Shown piece after piece: positions 1 to 10,449 of a DNA stretch of 64,000 nt. Within the stretch, counting starts at the first letter, position 1. Every line of letters begins with the position of its first letter. The position numbers and the translations under genes were made by a program. A model generated the notes under the pieces. The model searched no databases, had not been told where the DNA came from, and was given only the letters and a program-made list of their open reading frames with translations. The stretch is from Rhizodiscina lignyota. Lineage: Eukaryota. The stretch is from positions 3,410,001 through 3,474,000 of the forward strand of contig ML978121.1 of NCBI GenBank assembly GCA_010015805.1. Direction: 5' to 3'.

Positions 1-668
1 GAATATCGGGGCAAGGGGGTGGCCGAAGGAGCTCCTCCTGCGAACTCTAGAGGGTCGCGTGGAAGAAACTCCGCGAAGAAGTCCGAAGTCGATGGTGTTT
101 GTGAAGAACCGGGTAGGGGCGAGGGAGCGTAGAGAGGCGAGGAAGGCGAATAGTGTGGTGAGAGTGATGCTGGGCGCTCGCGAGCTCCCTGGACAGCAAT
201 GGGATTGCCTTCTACGAACTCTGGATTTCTGGCAGGTTGTTGCGGAGCGGTGATCGATAGTGCTCGTGGCACACTGCGGGAGGGCGAGGTGTTGGATTCT
301 TGTGCACCGGAATCTTGTGAACCAGACTCTTGCGAACCAGACTCTTTTGAACCAGAATCTTGTGAACCGGAAGCTTGTGAGCCAAATCTCCTCTCCAAGA
401 GTGTACGTCTTCCCGCGCGCTCGTTGGCTTCGTAGTCGAGATTGCGACCTGCGAGTCTGAATGCCCAGTGTTCACGAAGTGCTGGTGGGTCCCTGTGGTC
501 CTCGCCGCCGGGCTCCATTTCCTCGTAAGACCTCTGTAAAGGAGTTAGAAAAGGCAGGCAACGCGCAGTGACGCTTGGAGTGGTGTTGCGGAGTGTGGAA
601 GTTAGACGTGTGAATTGCCTTACCTTCGCAGACCGAACGTAACTATCGACCGTCTCGCTGAGAGACAT
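1..668 (-). CDS. Hypothetical Ser/Pro-rich protein, 3'-truncated by the window edge
   Basis: ATG at 668 (MSLSETVDSYVRSAK), intron 623-534 (GTAAGG...CTAAC...CAG), then a frame open to position 1 (RSYEEMEPGG...SGSQDSGSKESGSQES...). A CT-rich 5' leader lies at ~670-790 on the minus strand. Confidence 0.6.
   Translation of the reverse strand, partial: MSLSETVDSYVRSAKVRQFTRLTSTLRNTTPSVTARCLPFLTPLQRSYEEMEPGGEDHRDPPALREHWAFRLAGRNLDYEANERAGRRTLLERRFGSQASGSQDSGSKESGSQESGSQDSGAQESNTSPSRSVPRALSITAPQQPARNPEFVEGNPIAVQGARERPASLSPHYSPSSPLYAPSPLPGSSQTPSTSDFFAEFLPRDPLEFAGGAPSATPLPRY
295..385 (-). repeat. 15-bp coding tandem repeat, about 5-6 copies, encoding SGSQ(D/E)
   Basis: Plus-strand units such as tcttgtgaaccagac, tcttgcgaaccagac, tcttttgaaccagaa and tcttgtgaaccggaa. 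Confidence 0.85.
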
Positions 669-1409
669 GGGTGAGGAGTGCTTGCGATCAACGCAGAGGT
701 GTAAGAGAGATGAGGTTGAAGAGAAGTGATGTGTAAGGAAGAAGGCGGAAGAAAGGCGTAGTGTAGAGAAGGAAAGAGAGAGAGTTGCGCCGACGAGAAG
801 TGGGTTGTGCTGCGGTGGCGCGCACAGTCCAGGTTTTCCGTAAACGATATCGAGGTGGTCGGCCCGCAGCTACTTCATCAATAGGCCCGCCACCTACATT
901 TACTTTTTCCTATTGTCCGCGGCTTTAAGAAAAGCGAATGGCTGGCCGCTCAATAAAAGGCGGCGCAGTGCTTGCCATTCTTCTGGGCGACAATGGCAGT
1001 TTGCTTTTCATTCTCAACCGGTTTGGGAAAACGCCACGCCCACCGATTGGGAAAACCTCACGGACACTTCACGATCTCACTCCCTATCCCCGCCACGTGA
1101 CCTGTGACTTTGTTGTCCATGTCTCAATTGTGCAGGGATAAAACAGCACATTGCGCATGAGATGCAGCCACAGAAAGTGTATTGCTACATGCCGAACGCT
1201 TCGCTTGTAACTAAGCTAACACGCGAAACGCAAAGATTCCATCGCCTGCCAGAACCAGCCAACATGGGCGCTTCGTCAGCAGATATGAAATCAAAGCTTA
1301 ACCAAGGCCGAAAAGAGGCATGTTACCGACTTGAGAAGACGCCATGCAACCTGCAGTATTTTACATCAGTGAATCGCCCCCAGAGAATCCCATACCATAT
1401 CCGACGCCC

Positions 1410-3088
1410 TCATGATGTTGCTCCGAGAACGTTTAGGGCCCCCTCCTCGGTCAATGCCACTAAGGACTGGGCGTTTGCGCCCCAAGTAAGTGAGACCGCA
1501 GAGATGGCCTTTCGGAAAGGCTCTGACCATTTCTTCGACGACTTGGCGTATTGCTGCACTGCGACGCAGCCAGGTCCCGCAACTGCAAGGAATTGTCCGG
1601 TGTAATCCCACTTTGCGGAGATCACTTGACTTCCAATCTCGACCTGGTGAATGACTGCAGCTTTCCGGAGATCCCACACAGACACGCCAGTCTGGCCTCG
1701 GGAAGCGGATGCCAGCCAGATACCGTTTTCAGAGAAGGACAACGCCTGGATAGGACCCTCTCCCTCAAATGTAGCAGCCACTTCTCCAGAAGTGACGTCG
1801 TAGAGTCGAATCTGGCCGCCCTTAGATCCAGCTGCGAACAGGTGACCGTCTGGATGGAATTCGCCACACGAGAGTTCTGCCAACACAGAGTCAGCGCCGC
1901 ACAAGATTTCTGCAAACAGAGTATCGCATTTTCTGATAACGGAATGGTTGGTGACTTACCGGAATCCGTGAGGATTCGGGAAACGACCTTCATGGTCGTC
2001 AGATCGTAGAGCCTGTACACCTTGTCGACGCCGACTGAGGCCAGAATGTCGCCAGATGGGTGTAATGCTATTGCCGTTACTGCTCCAGCATGTGATCCCA
2101 GCTGTAACCCTTCAGAGCTACTCGGCACATCCTCAAAGACTTTGATGGCTCCAGTAGAAGTTGCCACCACTGGTCGAGAGTTCCACCAAAGAGCGGAGGT
2201 GACTGAGCCACCACCAACCTTGAGAGCTTGAATGACCTTCTTCTCGATGAGGGAGTATATGCCTGCAACGCCTTCTGTGCCCCCAACGATAACGATGGCG
2301 CCAGTCGAATTGATCGCAAGCGCTCGTGCACCAGGATAGATTGCCTCTGTAGTCTGTACCGAGTCGAATGACTCGATGGTGTCTGCAGTAGCCCAGCCCT
2401 CCGGTACAGGCCGCTTTCGCCGCGTTTTCGAAAGCCTGCAATGCTGTTAGCAGGTTAATTCACAGTGTCTTTGGAGCACATACTCTGTCTGTGTCGCCTC
2501 CACCTTGGCAGCGATCTCCTGCGGCAATTCCTCCGGAACATCTACTTCCATCTCATCCCCGTTCTCTGCCACTGCCCCCACAGTCACTTGCGACAGCGCA
2601 TCTCTCGCCTCCCCTCTCTCCGCCTGGAGCCTCGCGATGACCCTCAGTGCTGCGTCATATTCGTACAACGCCGTGCTCAACTCTTGCCGTGTCTGCGCCA
2701 GCTGCTGCTTCAGCGTGTACGTTTCCAGCGCTATCGCGTCCCATTCATTTTGAAAGGCTGAGAGGAGAGAAGGGATAGAGGTGAGTGTTGGAGGACGAGG
2801 ATTCACGGCGCGTGTCGTTTTCAGCTCGATGAGATCGTCGGTCGTAAGCTCCTCGCCATTGACTGGATCGGTGCCGTGCTGCGATATGTAGTCCTCTATG
2901 AGTCGCTTCTCGAAGACATGTCCTAGAGGAATATTAGTTAAGTTACGCGCGTGGGAGAGATTGCGATTTCGACGCACCGCTCTTGCGCGAGGCAACAGGC
3001 ACTTGTGGCTGTTCGCCAGATACTGCCAAATCGTTAGCACTGAGGTCATTCAGGAAATCAAAGAGGTTAGCATACTCGCGCAAAGCAT
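1410..3088 (-). CDS. PRP19: Pre-mRNA-processing factor 19 (U-box, coiled coil, WD40 repeats), about 4 introns
   Basis: Spliced N-terminus [32 protein letters not shown] (U-box), Prp19 motif RPPTLTSIPSLLSAFQNEWDA...TRQELSTALYEYDAA, and WD40 repeats (FHPDGHLFAAG, FSENGIWLAS, WDYTGQFLA). Confidence 0.95.
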
Positions 3089-3578
3089 TCTGACGGTGTG
3101 GGGAGCTTGTTGATTTCACGAGTAAACTTCGAATTGCACCCCAGACATTCGCGAACTTTTTAGCGTATCCAAATGTCTTGGCATCACCTTGCTTAGTCAT
3201 TGCCGAATTCCGACTCTACAGATCTCAACCCATTCATTTTTGTCGCGTTTTCTCCGGGCAAAGACACCGGAATCGATAATTTCCGCTTCCTCTTGAGAGT
3301 TGCAATCAACCAGCAATAGTCTCGGAATAGTCTCTATCAGTACCATGACTCAACGTCCCGTAGTCGTAGACTAGCGAAAACAGCGTTCCCGATACCGGGT
3401 AGCACAGATCCAAGGGGAGGATGTCGACATTCAATTGGAATCGAATGGTGCATGCAAGGTCCGCTTCGGGTATAAAGTAACTTCCATGTGACGTTCCTTC
3501 TATCTTTTTCGTACCTTGTCTGCCCCTCATTTCGACTGTTTATGATCTCGGAGTCTGTAAAAACTTCTTGGCATCACG

Positions 3579-4481
3579 ATGGCATCAGATATCGGAGAAG
3601 CCGTTAAATCGCATATCTTCAACCCCAAGTTATCTGATGTTCCACCTGCTTTTAGCGAGCTGCTGGAGAAATACTCTGGCGTCCCTAAAGATGCTCAAAT
3701 CGAGCATATCACCAGCACCAGGAACAAGGCATTCAAACACCATGCGTACCCGTGTCTTGGCCGCTTCCGATTTACAGGACTGGAACTGTCCTCCTTTCCA
3801 AAGTACAGCGACGTCTTGAAGATCCTGAAGCAACCCAATGACTCAGGATCCGATGAGAAGGAACCGCTCTTCATCGATTTAGGCTGCTGTGTCGGCCAGG
3901 ACATCCGCAAGCTCATCCTCGACGGCGCTCCAGTGACTCGCGTATACGGCGCTGACCTCCTACCCCCATTCATCGACATTGGGTATGAGATGTTCCGTGA
4001 CGCAGACAGATTCCCAAGGGACCATTTCCTCGCTCCGGCGAACCTGCTTGAAGACACTCCAGACGATCCACTTAGACGAATGGACGGCAGGTTAACGATA
4101 GTGCACATCAGCGCCGTGTTCCATCTCTTTCAGCTCGACAACCAGACCGTCACCGCCAAGCGCATCATGCGTCTGCTGAACCGCAAGGCGGGCAAGTGCC
4201 TCGTCTTAGGTGCAGATACGGCGAATATCACGTCTGGGTTCTACACGCGTACAAGCGGCACCGTTCGCTACAGGCACAACCTTGAGAGCTGGACCCAGCT
4301 GTGGAAAGATGTTGCAAAGGAGCTCCCCGGTTGCAGTGTTGAAGTGGAGATGCAGCTCAACAAAAGAGACGTTACTACAAGGTTTAACGACATTGAAGTA
4401 GAGCAGAAGAGAAGTCAAGCATATATGGAGGAAGGGTTCAGGTGGGCGGTTTGGTCTGTATGGGTCACCTTCACGGATTAG
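3579..4481 (+). CDS. Class I SAM-dependent methyltransferase (fungal AusD/Trt5-like family)
   Basis: Intronless 300-aa ORF with YPCLGRFRF, SAM motif FIDLGCCVGQDIRKL, GADL, GYEMFRD, VFHLF and YRHNLESWTQLW. Confidence 0.85.
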   Translation: MASDIGEAVKSHIFNPKLSDVPPAFSELLEKYSGVPKDAQIEHITSTRNKAFKHHAYPCLGRFRFTGLELSSFPKYSDVLKILKQPNDSGSDEKEPLFIDLGCCVGQDIRKLILDGAPVTRVYGADLLPPFIDIGYEMFRDADRFPRDHFLAPANLLEDTPDDPLRRMDGRLTIVHISAVFHLFQLDNQTVTAKRIMRLLNRKAGKCLVLGADTANITSGFYTRTSGTVRYRHNLESWTQLWKDVAKELPGCSVEVEMQLNKRDVTTRFNDIEVEQKRSQAYMEEGFRWAVWSVWVTFTD

Positions 4482-4578
4482 AGACTCGGTAAATGGTGTG
4501 GGTGGTGACTTTTCAAATTAGCGATGCGCTCTACGGTCGATGTTCCTGTCGGTTTTTATCAACCCCCATACAGACTGT

Positions 4579-6315
4579 TCAATTCGAATCCTCCTTCTCA
4601 ATGACCAACAGCGACAAGGCATGAATTGGCAGGCTGAGTGACACCTTCGCGCATCCCCCCTCCACATTCAAAGCTGTCGGCTTGCCAAGCGTGGCAAGCA
4701 ATCCGGCAGCCCTAAGCTCCGCGTGCTGCTCGGCCGTAGGATTCTGCGGCGAACCCATGGACATCCACTTCGTGTATGAATTGCTGTGCTCGTTATCGAG
4801 GCGGTAATGCGTCAGCCTCGCATTACCATTCCACGAGAGGCCTTCAACTGCGACGTCGATCTCCGCATCCGGCTTCGGCAGATCGTCGTCGTGGTAGTGC
4901 CATATGAAGACGTACGCCTTGTCCCCGTCGACGCTGGAAATCGCGCCAACGTCCGTCGCATTTCTAACGCCATTTGTAACTACATCTTCCAGTGGCTGCT
5001 GGCCTGAGCTGATAGCCTTGACGCGCGTGCCCGTCATCTTCACGAGCATCCTATGCGCATTTAGGACGGGCTTGTCGATCCTGTTCGTCGTGACGACGCG
5101 GAAGCCGCTGAAGTACTCGTCATGATCGTACTCAAACGCCCACGTGAGAGAGCCCTGGTGGTTGACGCCGTACTTTTTGGAAAGGTCCATTGTCCGCGTG
5201 AAGCCTGCGGCGATGAAGGACGGGTAGAGCAGTCCGTTTCGGTAGCCATACTGTGGGGTGATGCAAGCTGCACAGCCGTCGGGATCCTGTTCGCCGACGA
5301 CGATGGGTTTGGACTTTGTCTGAGGATAGGATGCGATGACTTTGAAAGCGTCGTTGACGTTCTGGAGCTGTGCAGCGATGCCCATCTGCACGTAGCCGGA
5401 TGTGCTACTGGTGTTGATGTAATTGGGAGCACCCTTGGCATGGAAGGACACAAAGTCAAGTGGCGTGCCCTTCTCTCCAGTCGCGTAGTTTGTTCCATCC
5501 AAGCAATGTTCGATGAAATTGCCAAGGTAGTCACCAGAAGGTCCACCAGCAACTTCTGCTCCGCCGACTCTGGCCGTTGGAATGGCTCTGCGGATGCCGT
5601 TGACAGCATAGTCGTGCAACTTGTAGAATTGTGGAATAGTGCCGTTCCAGTATGGAATGTTCGGTTCGTTCCAGATCTCCCAGTACCACGAGTTTACCTC
5701 CTCTAGACCATATCTCTCGAGGCAGTGCTTCGCCCACTGGTAGATCAGCTCACCCCACTTCTCGTAGCTCTTCGGAGGATGAGACCAGCCTGTATAGATG
5801 TCGTTGTATGCGGACGTTGGGGTGAAGTTGAAAAAGTAAGGGAGTGGATTGATAGCAAGTGCCTCTGGCATGAATCCGGCTTGCACATAGGGCTTGACAT
5901 TATTCTTCAGGTACGAATCAAAGATGCGGTCAACTACGGTATAGTTGTAGATTGGGTTGCCTTCGGCATCTTCAGTATAGATATTTGTACTCCCGAACTT
6001 TAGTGTCGTCTCCAAGCCATTACCGGTAGTGAGCAAGTTGTGAGTTCGGAAATATGTCTGATGCGGCCCAAGGTGACCCAGATCGTTCAAAGTGGCCGAG
6101 CCGTCAGGATAGAAGGCATAGTCTGGCTCATCTGCGCCGAAGAATCGGGCTGTCGGTACATATGGTCCCATGGACTGTCCAACATCTACCTGGATAGAGA
6201 CCTGTCGAGCCGTGACGGCAGGCAAAGCTAAAAAGGCGAGGTTCCACAGCATGTTGGAGCCACTGGAAATCATGGCGGACAGATTGAACGTGGAAAAATT
6301 ACCGTAGATATCCAT
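4579..6315 (-). CDS. Secreted glycoside hydrolase family 39 (beta-xylosidase-like)
   Basis: Intronless ORF. Signal-peptide-like MLWNLAFLALPAVTA, so the true start may be this downstream Met. Motifs YFRTHNLL, WEIWNEP (acid/base), FVSFHAKG and VGEQDPDGCAAC (nucleophile region). Confidence 0.9.
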   Translation of the reverse strand: MDIYGNFSTFNLSAMISSGSNMLWNLAFLALPAVTARQVSIQVDVGQSMGPYVPTARFFGADEPDYAFYPDGSATLNDLGHLGPHQTYFRTHNLLTTGNGLETTLKFGSTNIYTEDAEGNPIYNYTVVDRIFDSYLKNNVKPYVQAGFMPEALAINPLPYFFNFTPTSAYNDIYTGWSHPPKSYEKWGELIYQWAKHCLERYGLEEVNSWYWEIWNEPNIPYWNGTIPQFYKLHDYAVNGIRRAIPTARVGGAEVAGGPSGDYLGNFIEHCLDGTNYATGEKGTPLDFVSFHAKGAPNYINTSSTSGYVQMGIAAQLQNVNDAFKVIASYPQTKSKPIVVGEQDPDGCAACITPQYGYRNGLLYPSFIAAGFTRTMDLSKKYGVNHQGSLTWAFEYDHDEYFSGFRVVTTNRIDKPVLNAHRMLVKMTGTRVKAISSGQQPLEDVVTNGVRNATDVGAISSVDGDKAYVFIWHYHDDDLPKPDAEIDVAVEGLSWNGNARLTHYRLDNEHSNSYTKWMSMGSPQNPTAEQHAELRAAGLLATLGKPTALNVEGGCAKVSLSLPIHALSLLVIEKEDSN

Positions 6316-6403
6316 TTTGCAGCTGAACGGAAATGCTCCCCTTTAAACTAAACTAGCGAAGCTGTGAAATATCCGGAATGACTTCACTTTGCTTACCTTG
6401 TCT

Positions 6404-6602
6404 GCGGGGTACGTACTTTTCCAAGCAAAGTTGCTGCATTTGCTCTCGTAAACGTGCTATAGCTTAAGGGGAGCTCCTGATGCTCGGTGTATTTTCCGCC
6501 ATGCAAGGCACAAATCGTGAGGAGTTCTGCCGGGGATCGACGCTGTAGAACAGGTGGAGAGGCATGGATAGATGCTTCCTCGGACAAGAACATTGCGCGG
6601 GG
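6404..6602. promoter_or_regulatory. Cluster of four SYGGRG (CreA/Cre1-type carbon catabolite repression) motifs upstream of the GH39 gene
   Basis: GCGGGG 6404-6409, CCGGGG 6530-6535, GTGGAG 6554-6559 and GCGGGG 6597-6602 within 200 bp. The motif is short and degenerate, so function is inferred only. Confidence 0.35.
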
Positions 6603-7348
6603 AGATATACCATTTTCCTGTTGATGTTAAGAGAGGATGTGATTCCGCTTGATCCAGAAATGCTTGATATGTACTAGAGACATTCAGAAGTTGCTGTTCA
6701 CCCTATGTGAGGTATTTGTTGAAGAATGAGCACTGTATGGAAGGTGTCATCCCCCTGACGAGAGTGTCACGCCAAGGCTTTGGAGTTGGCTTTTCAGAGC
6801 ACTTTCTAGGTTATACCTGGCTGATAATAGAGCTCTCTTTTAACACTTTAGATTTTCCGCCTTGGCGATGCATATGCCCGATGTCGCATGTAAGAAGAAT
6901 AGAGAAGTCCACTCTCAGCTCAAGATGAAAGATTTTTAAGGTACTCGAGTGCGGCGAACTTTAATGAAGCCGAGGACAACATAGCGATGTCTTGGCGTTC
7001 TTTTCCTCAATGAGAAACCCCGAGACGGCCGGATCGCACAACAGGACCATTACAACTCATAATACTCCTTTGACACTGGATATAGGAACTAGTTTAAAAA
7101 ATTGTTTAGTGCAGGTTTTTTAATTACTGTAGATGCATCATTGGCTGAGTTCAAATGGGGGTCAATTTCAGGCTTCAAATGCTCGCTTTTAAGGAAAGAT
7201 GGGACGAAGCTTGGCGCCAAGTATTGAAATATTACACTGTAATAGGTCTAGTGCATGACTTTCCAACGTGCCGAGGTTGACTTTTTGATCCATATCAGAT
7301 TCACCGACTCGCATTCAGAATGTTTTTTCTAACCATGATACGAAAAAT

Positions 7349-7945
7349 ATGGTAGCTCAGGAGCCAGAGCGGCTTCAGAGAGCTGACGTCCCACCTGACG
7401 TCGCACAGCGCTTGCGCAAGATCCCTTGGTGTGCAGAGATCCTCGACGATCCCTCGTTGATTTCCATCTACACCTATTCACGCGAACGGAAAGAGAGCAC
7501 AGAAGACAGCTTGATCGCAGAGACGTTCAAATCCAAGGATACGATCCATACCTGGGAAACTTTCTACAGATATCACAAACCTAGCAGTGACAAGAATGGC
7601 CCAATCGGAGAAACGATCACTATTCTCGGATTCGGTTCAGGCCTGAATGGACATCCGAAACTTCTTCACGGAGGAACGGTGGCTGCAGTAATGGACGAAG
7701 TCATCACTTACCTTGGAGGTCGACATAATTCGCCTGGGATGTCAGGATATACGGCCTTTCTAAAAGTCGACTACAAGAAACCTATCCCAACGCCTTGTAC
7801 GGTTCTCCTGCGGGTGATCATGGAAGGGAGATCAGCAGGAAGAAAGCAGTGGCTCAGAGGCACATTGGAAGATGGAAATGGTGTCATCCTCGCAACGGGA
7901 GAGAGCTTGGTGGTAGAGGTGCCGAAGAATGCTACAAAGCTGTAG
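7349..7945 (+). CDS. HotDog-fold thioesterase (PaaI/THEM4-like)
   Basis: Intronless 198-aa ORF with GLNGHPKLLHGGTVAAVMDE, TAFLKVDYKKPIPTP and GRK motifs. Confidence 0.9.
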   Translation: MVAQEPERLQRADVPPDVAQRLRKIPWCAEILDDPSLISIYTYSRERKESTEDSLIAETFKSKDTIHTWETFYRYHKPSSDKNGPIGETITILGFGSGLNGHPKLLHGGTVAAVMDEVITYLGGRHNSPGMSGYTAFLKVDYKKPIPTPCTVLLRVIMEGRSAGRKQWLRGTLEDGNGVILATGESLVVEVPKNATKL

Positions 7946-8437
7946 CATCGGGGAAGGTGGCTGAGCATGTTCAATGGAGTTATGAGGGAATTAGAGATGA
8001 CATGATAGAATAGGTGGCACGTCATATAATGGAACTCATTCAAGAATATCTCATCCAAGAGAGATGTCCACAAGTGCGCATGGATATGAAAGGCCTCTAC
8101 GTGCAGCTTTCAGGGGCGCCTGCAAAAGTTTGATGCCAAGGCCCAGGCCGTGTTCGGAAGGCGGCAGGCTGCAGGGCAGAAGCAGGCAAGAGCAGGCCCG
8201 CGATGATGCCGTGCATTTCACCCTGCACCTACCCCGAATCTTCCTCTGCCTACTATAACAGCCTATTGATACTACATAGTATACCGCGCGCACACGTTCA
8301 CTCATTGTTCTCACGCTTTTCCTCTTTACTACATTCCTGGACAAACTCATTCTCTTTATACCTGAGCGATCCGCTCATACATCTTCATATCTACATCTCA
8401 CGCGACCAGAGCCTGGTCAGCGCATTGCAAAAGAACC

Positions 8438-10046
8438 ATGTTCAACGTTAAGCAGGCCAAGAAGCCTGTTATCAAAAAAGTCCTCGAGCCTGTCAAGGAG
8501 CCTCCAAAGAAGAAACCGCTTCCTCAGCGTCATCCAAGCCTCTCCACCCCCGCACAAGCACTTGCCCGCGATGCAGCTCGTCGGTCCCCTGCCGTTAAGT
8601 CGCGACCAACGACAAACGGTCATTCCAACGGCCTTAAACCGCGCTCCAAGCCCTCTCCAGCAGTAAGGACGCCAGCTCCGCTCAAGCGCAAAAGACCAGG
8701 GACACCGCTGCAAGTCCTAAGCTCAGACAGCGAGGGAGATGACGACTTCAGCACGGATGGCGAGGTCAAGAGGAGAAAGCAAGCGCCCAAGGTCGATAGC
8801 CTTGAGCCAGACACTCGGAGAGATATATGGACGACAAGTACTCTTGTTTCGGCAGAGGATATAGGCGCGCTCATACACGGCGCTGATCTGACCTCTGGGA
8901 AGCACAAAGCCGCCACTGGCATAGGTCCAGAGTTGTTCAACCCTGCGTTCGGCATCGCAGAGGGAGAAGAAGTACCTGTCTTGGAGCTGCAATATCCCAG
9001 CGCGGCTCCTCCAGAACGGTATGATGTCCAGCCTCTATATTTTAGACTCGATTAGCTGACTATATTTCAGCTTCCAGCTCGTTTATCCCAAAGATGGCAG
9101 CGAATACCGCCCTCTCTATGACATTGTCGACACCATAGAGGCAATCCTCACTCACTACTTCCCACCCTCGCAATCCGCGACACTCACCGACGAGTCCACC
9201 GGCATCCCGCGGCGCTTACGCGTCGCATTCAAAGCTGTCAACCTCTCCGACTTTCGCGCCGTCGTCGACGAATTCAATACACTCATGAGAACGTCTCTTA
9301 AGGACGGTACAATCATTAAGCACCTCTCCACTTTACATCAAGTCCCCATAACCCTCATCGAGCGCATCCTCGAATGCCAGACGTACGAGCGCACAATCGC
9401 ACCGCATGTGGCGGAACTGAAGGTTCCCAAGAAGGACCTGAAAGAGACCAAGAACAACGTCTACGGCGAGATCAAGCCGCGCTTTGCGCACGACATCTTC
9501 CGCGAGACGAAGTTGCGCAGTGGACAGGTCTTCATCGACCTTGGCAGTGGCGTAGGAAATGTCGCTGTGCAGGCGGCGCTCGAGACGGGCGCAGAGAGCT
9601 GGGGCATTGAGATCATGCCGAAGCCAGCAATGTACGCAGTGCACCAGAAGCACGAATTCGAAGCGCGGTGCAAGCTCTGGGGTATCAGACCTGGCGCCGC
9701 GAATTTGGTTACAGGCGATTTCCTCGCTTCGCCGGAGATTGATAACGTGCTGAAGCGCGCGGATGTAGTACTCGTCAACAACCGCGTTTTTGAGGCGGAT
9801 CTGAATAACAAGCTTGTCATGAAGTTCTTGGACCTGAAGGAGGGGTGCCAGATTGTGAGTCTGGAGCCGTTCGTCACCAAGGACCACAAGATCAGCGAGC
9901 GCAACAGCTGGGATCCGAAGAATCTGCTGCGCTTCGTGAAAGAAATGCACTATGGAAGCGATCGCGTGAGTTGGTCGAACGACCCTGGTGAGTGGTGGAT
10001 GGCCGTCAAGGACAGCGAGCCAATGCGGAAGTTCGGACTTGTATAA
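8438..10046 (+). CDS. DOT1: Histone H3-K79 methyltransferase, one intron (~9019-9070)
   Basis: Basic N-terminus, LQYPSAAPPER|FQLV, NNVYGE, VFIDLGSGVGN, SWGIE, DVVLVNN, LDLKEGCQIVSL and VSW motifs of the DOT1 domain. Confidence 0.93.
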
Positions 10047-10449
10047 ATGCAGCATTGTTCTAGTTAACTTGGCTTCACATGTCAGTATTGGTATAGATAA
10101 GCTCGGGTAGCTTGCAAGTTGTATCATTGCATGAGACTTGGATTTGTTGCTGTGCAGCGAGCACGCCTTTTGGTACAATACCATATGTTCGACTTCTAAA
10201 CAGTAGTTTTCCGTCCGACCTTCCCCTTTCGCCTTTGCCTGACTCGTTGTTTCCAACTCCGAAGTGCCCCAAAAACGAGATTATGACTCCAAATACAGAC
10301 AAGAAGAAGAGAATGAAAGCTGCATAGGATGAAGCTCATCCTACAACATGAACAGACGAAGAGAATGCCCGCCCATGACTGGTTTACTCAAGATACGGAT
10401 CCAAAATGAACGAGTCAACCTGGTCATCATCGAAGCAACCAGAACACAC

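Noticed and set aside
9333..10256. Long antisense ORFs over DOT1 (similar ones over ASE1, importin-alpha and the 24-25 kb gene)
   Set aside because: These are shadow frames produced by the codon bias of the real gene on the opposite strand.
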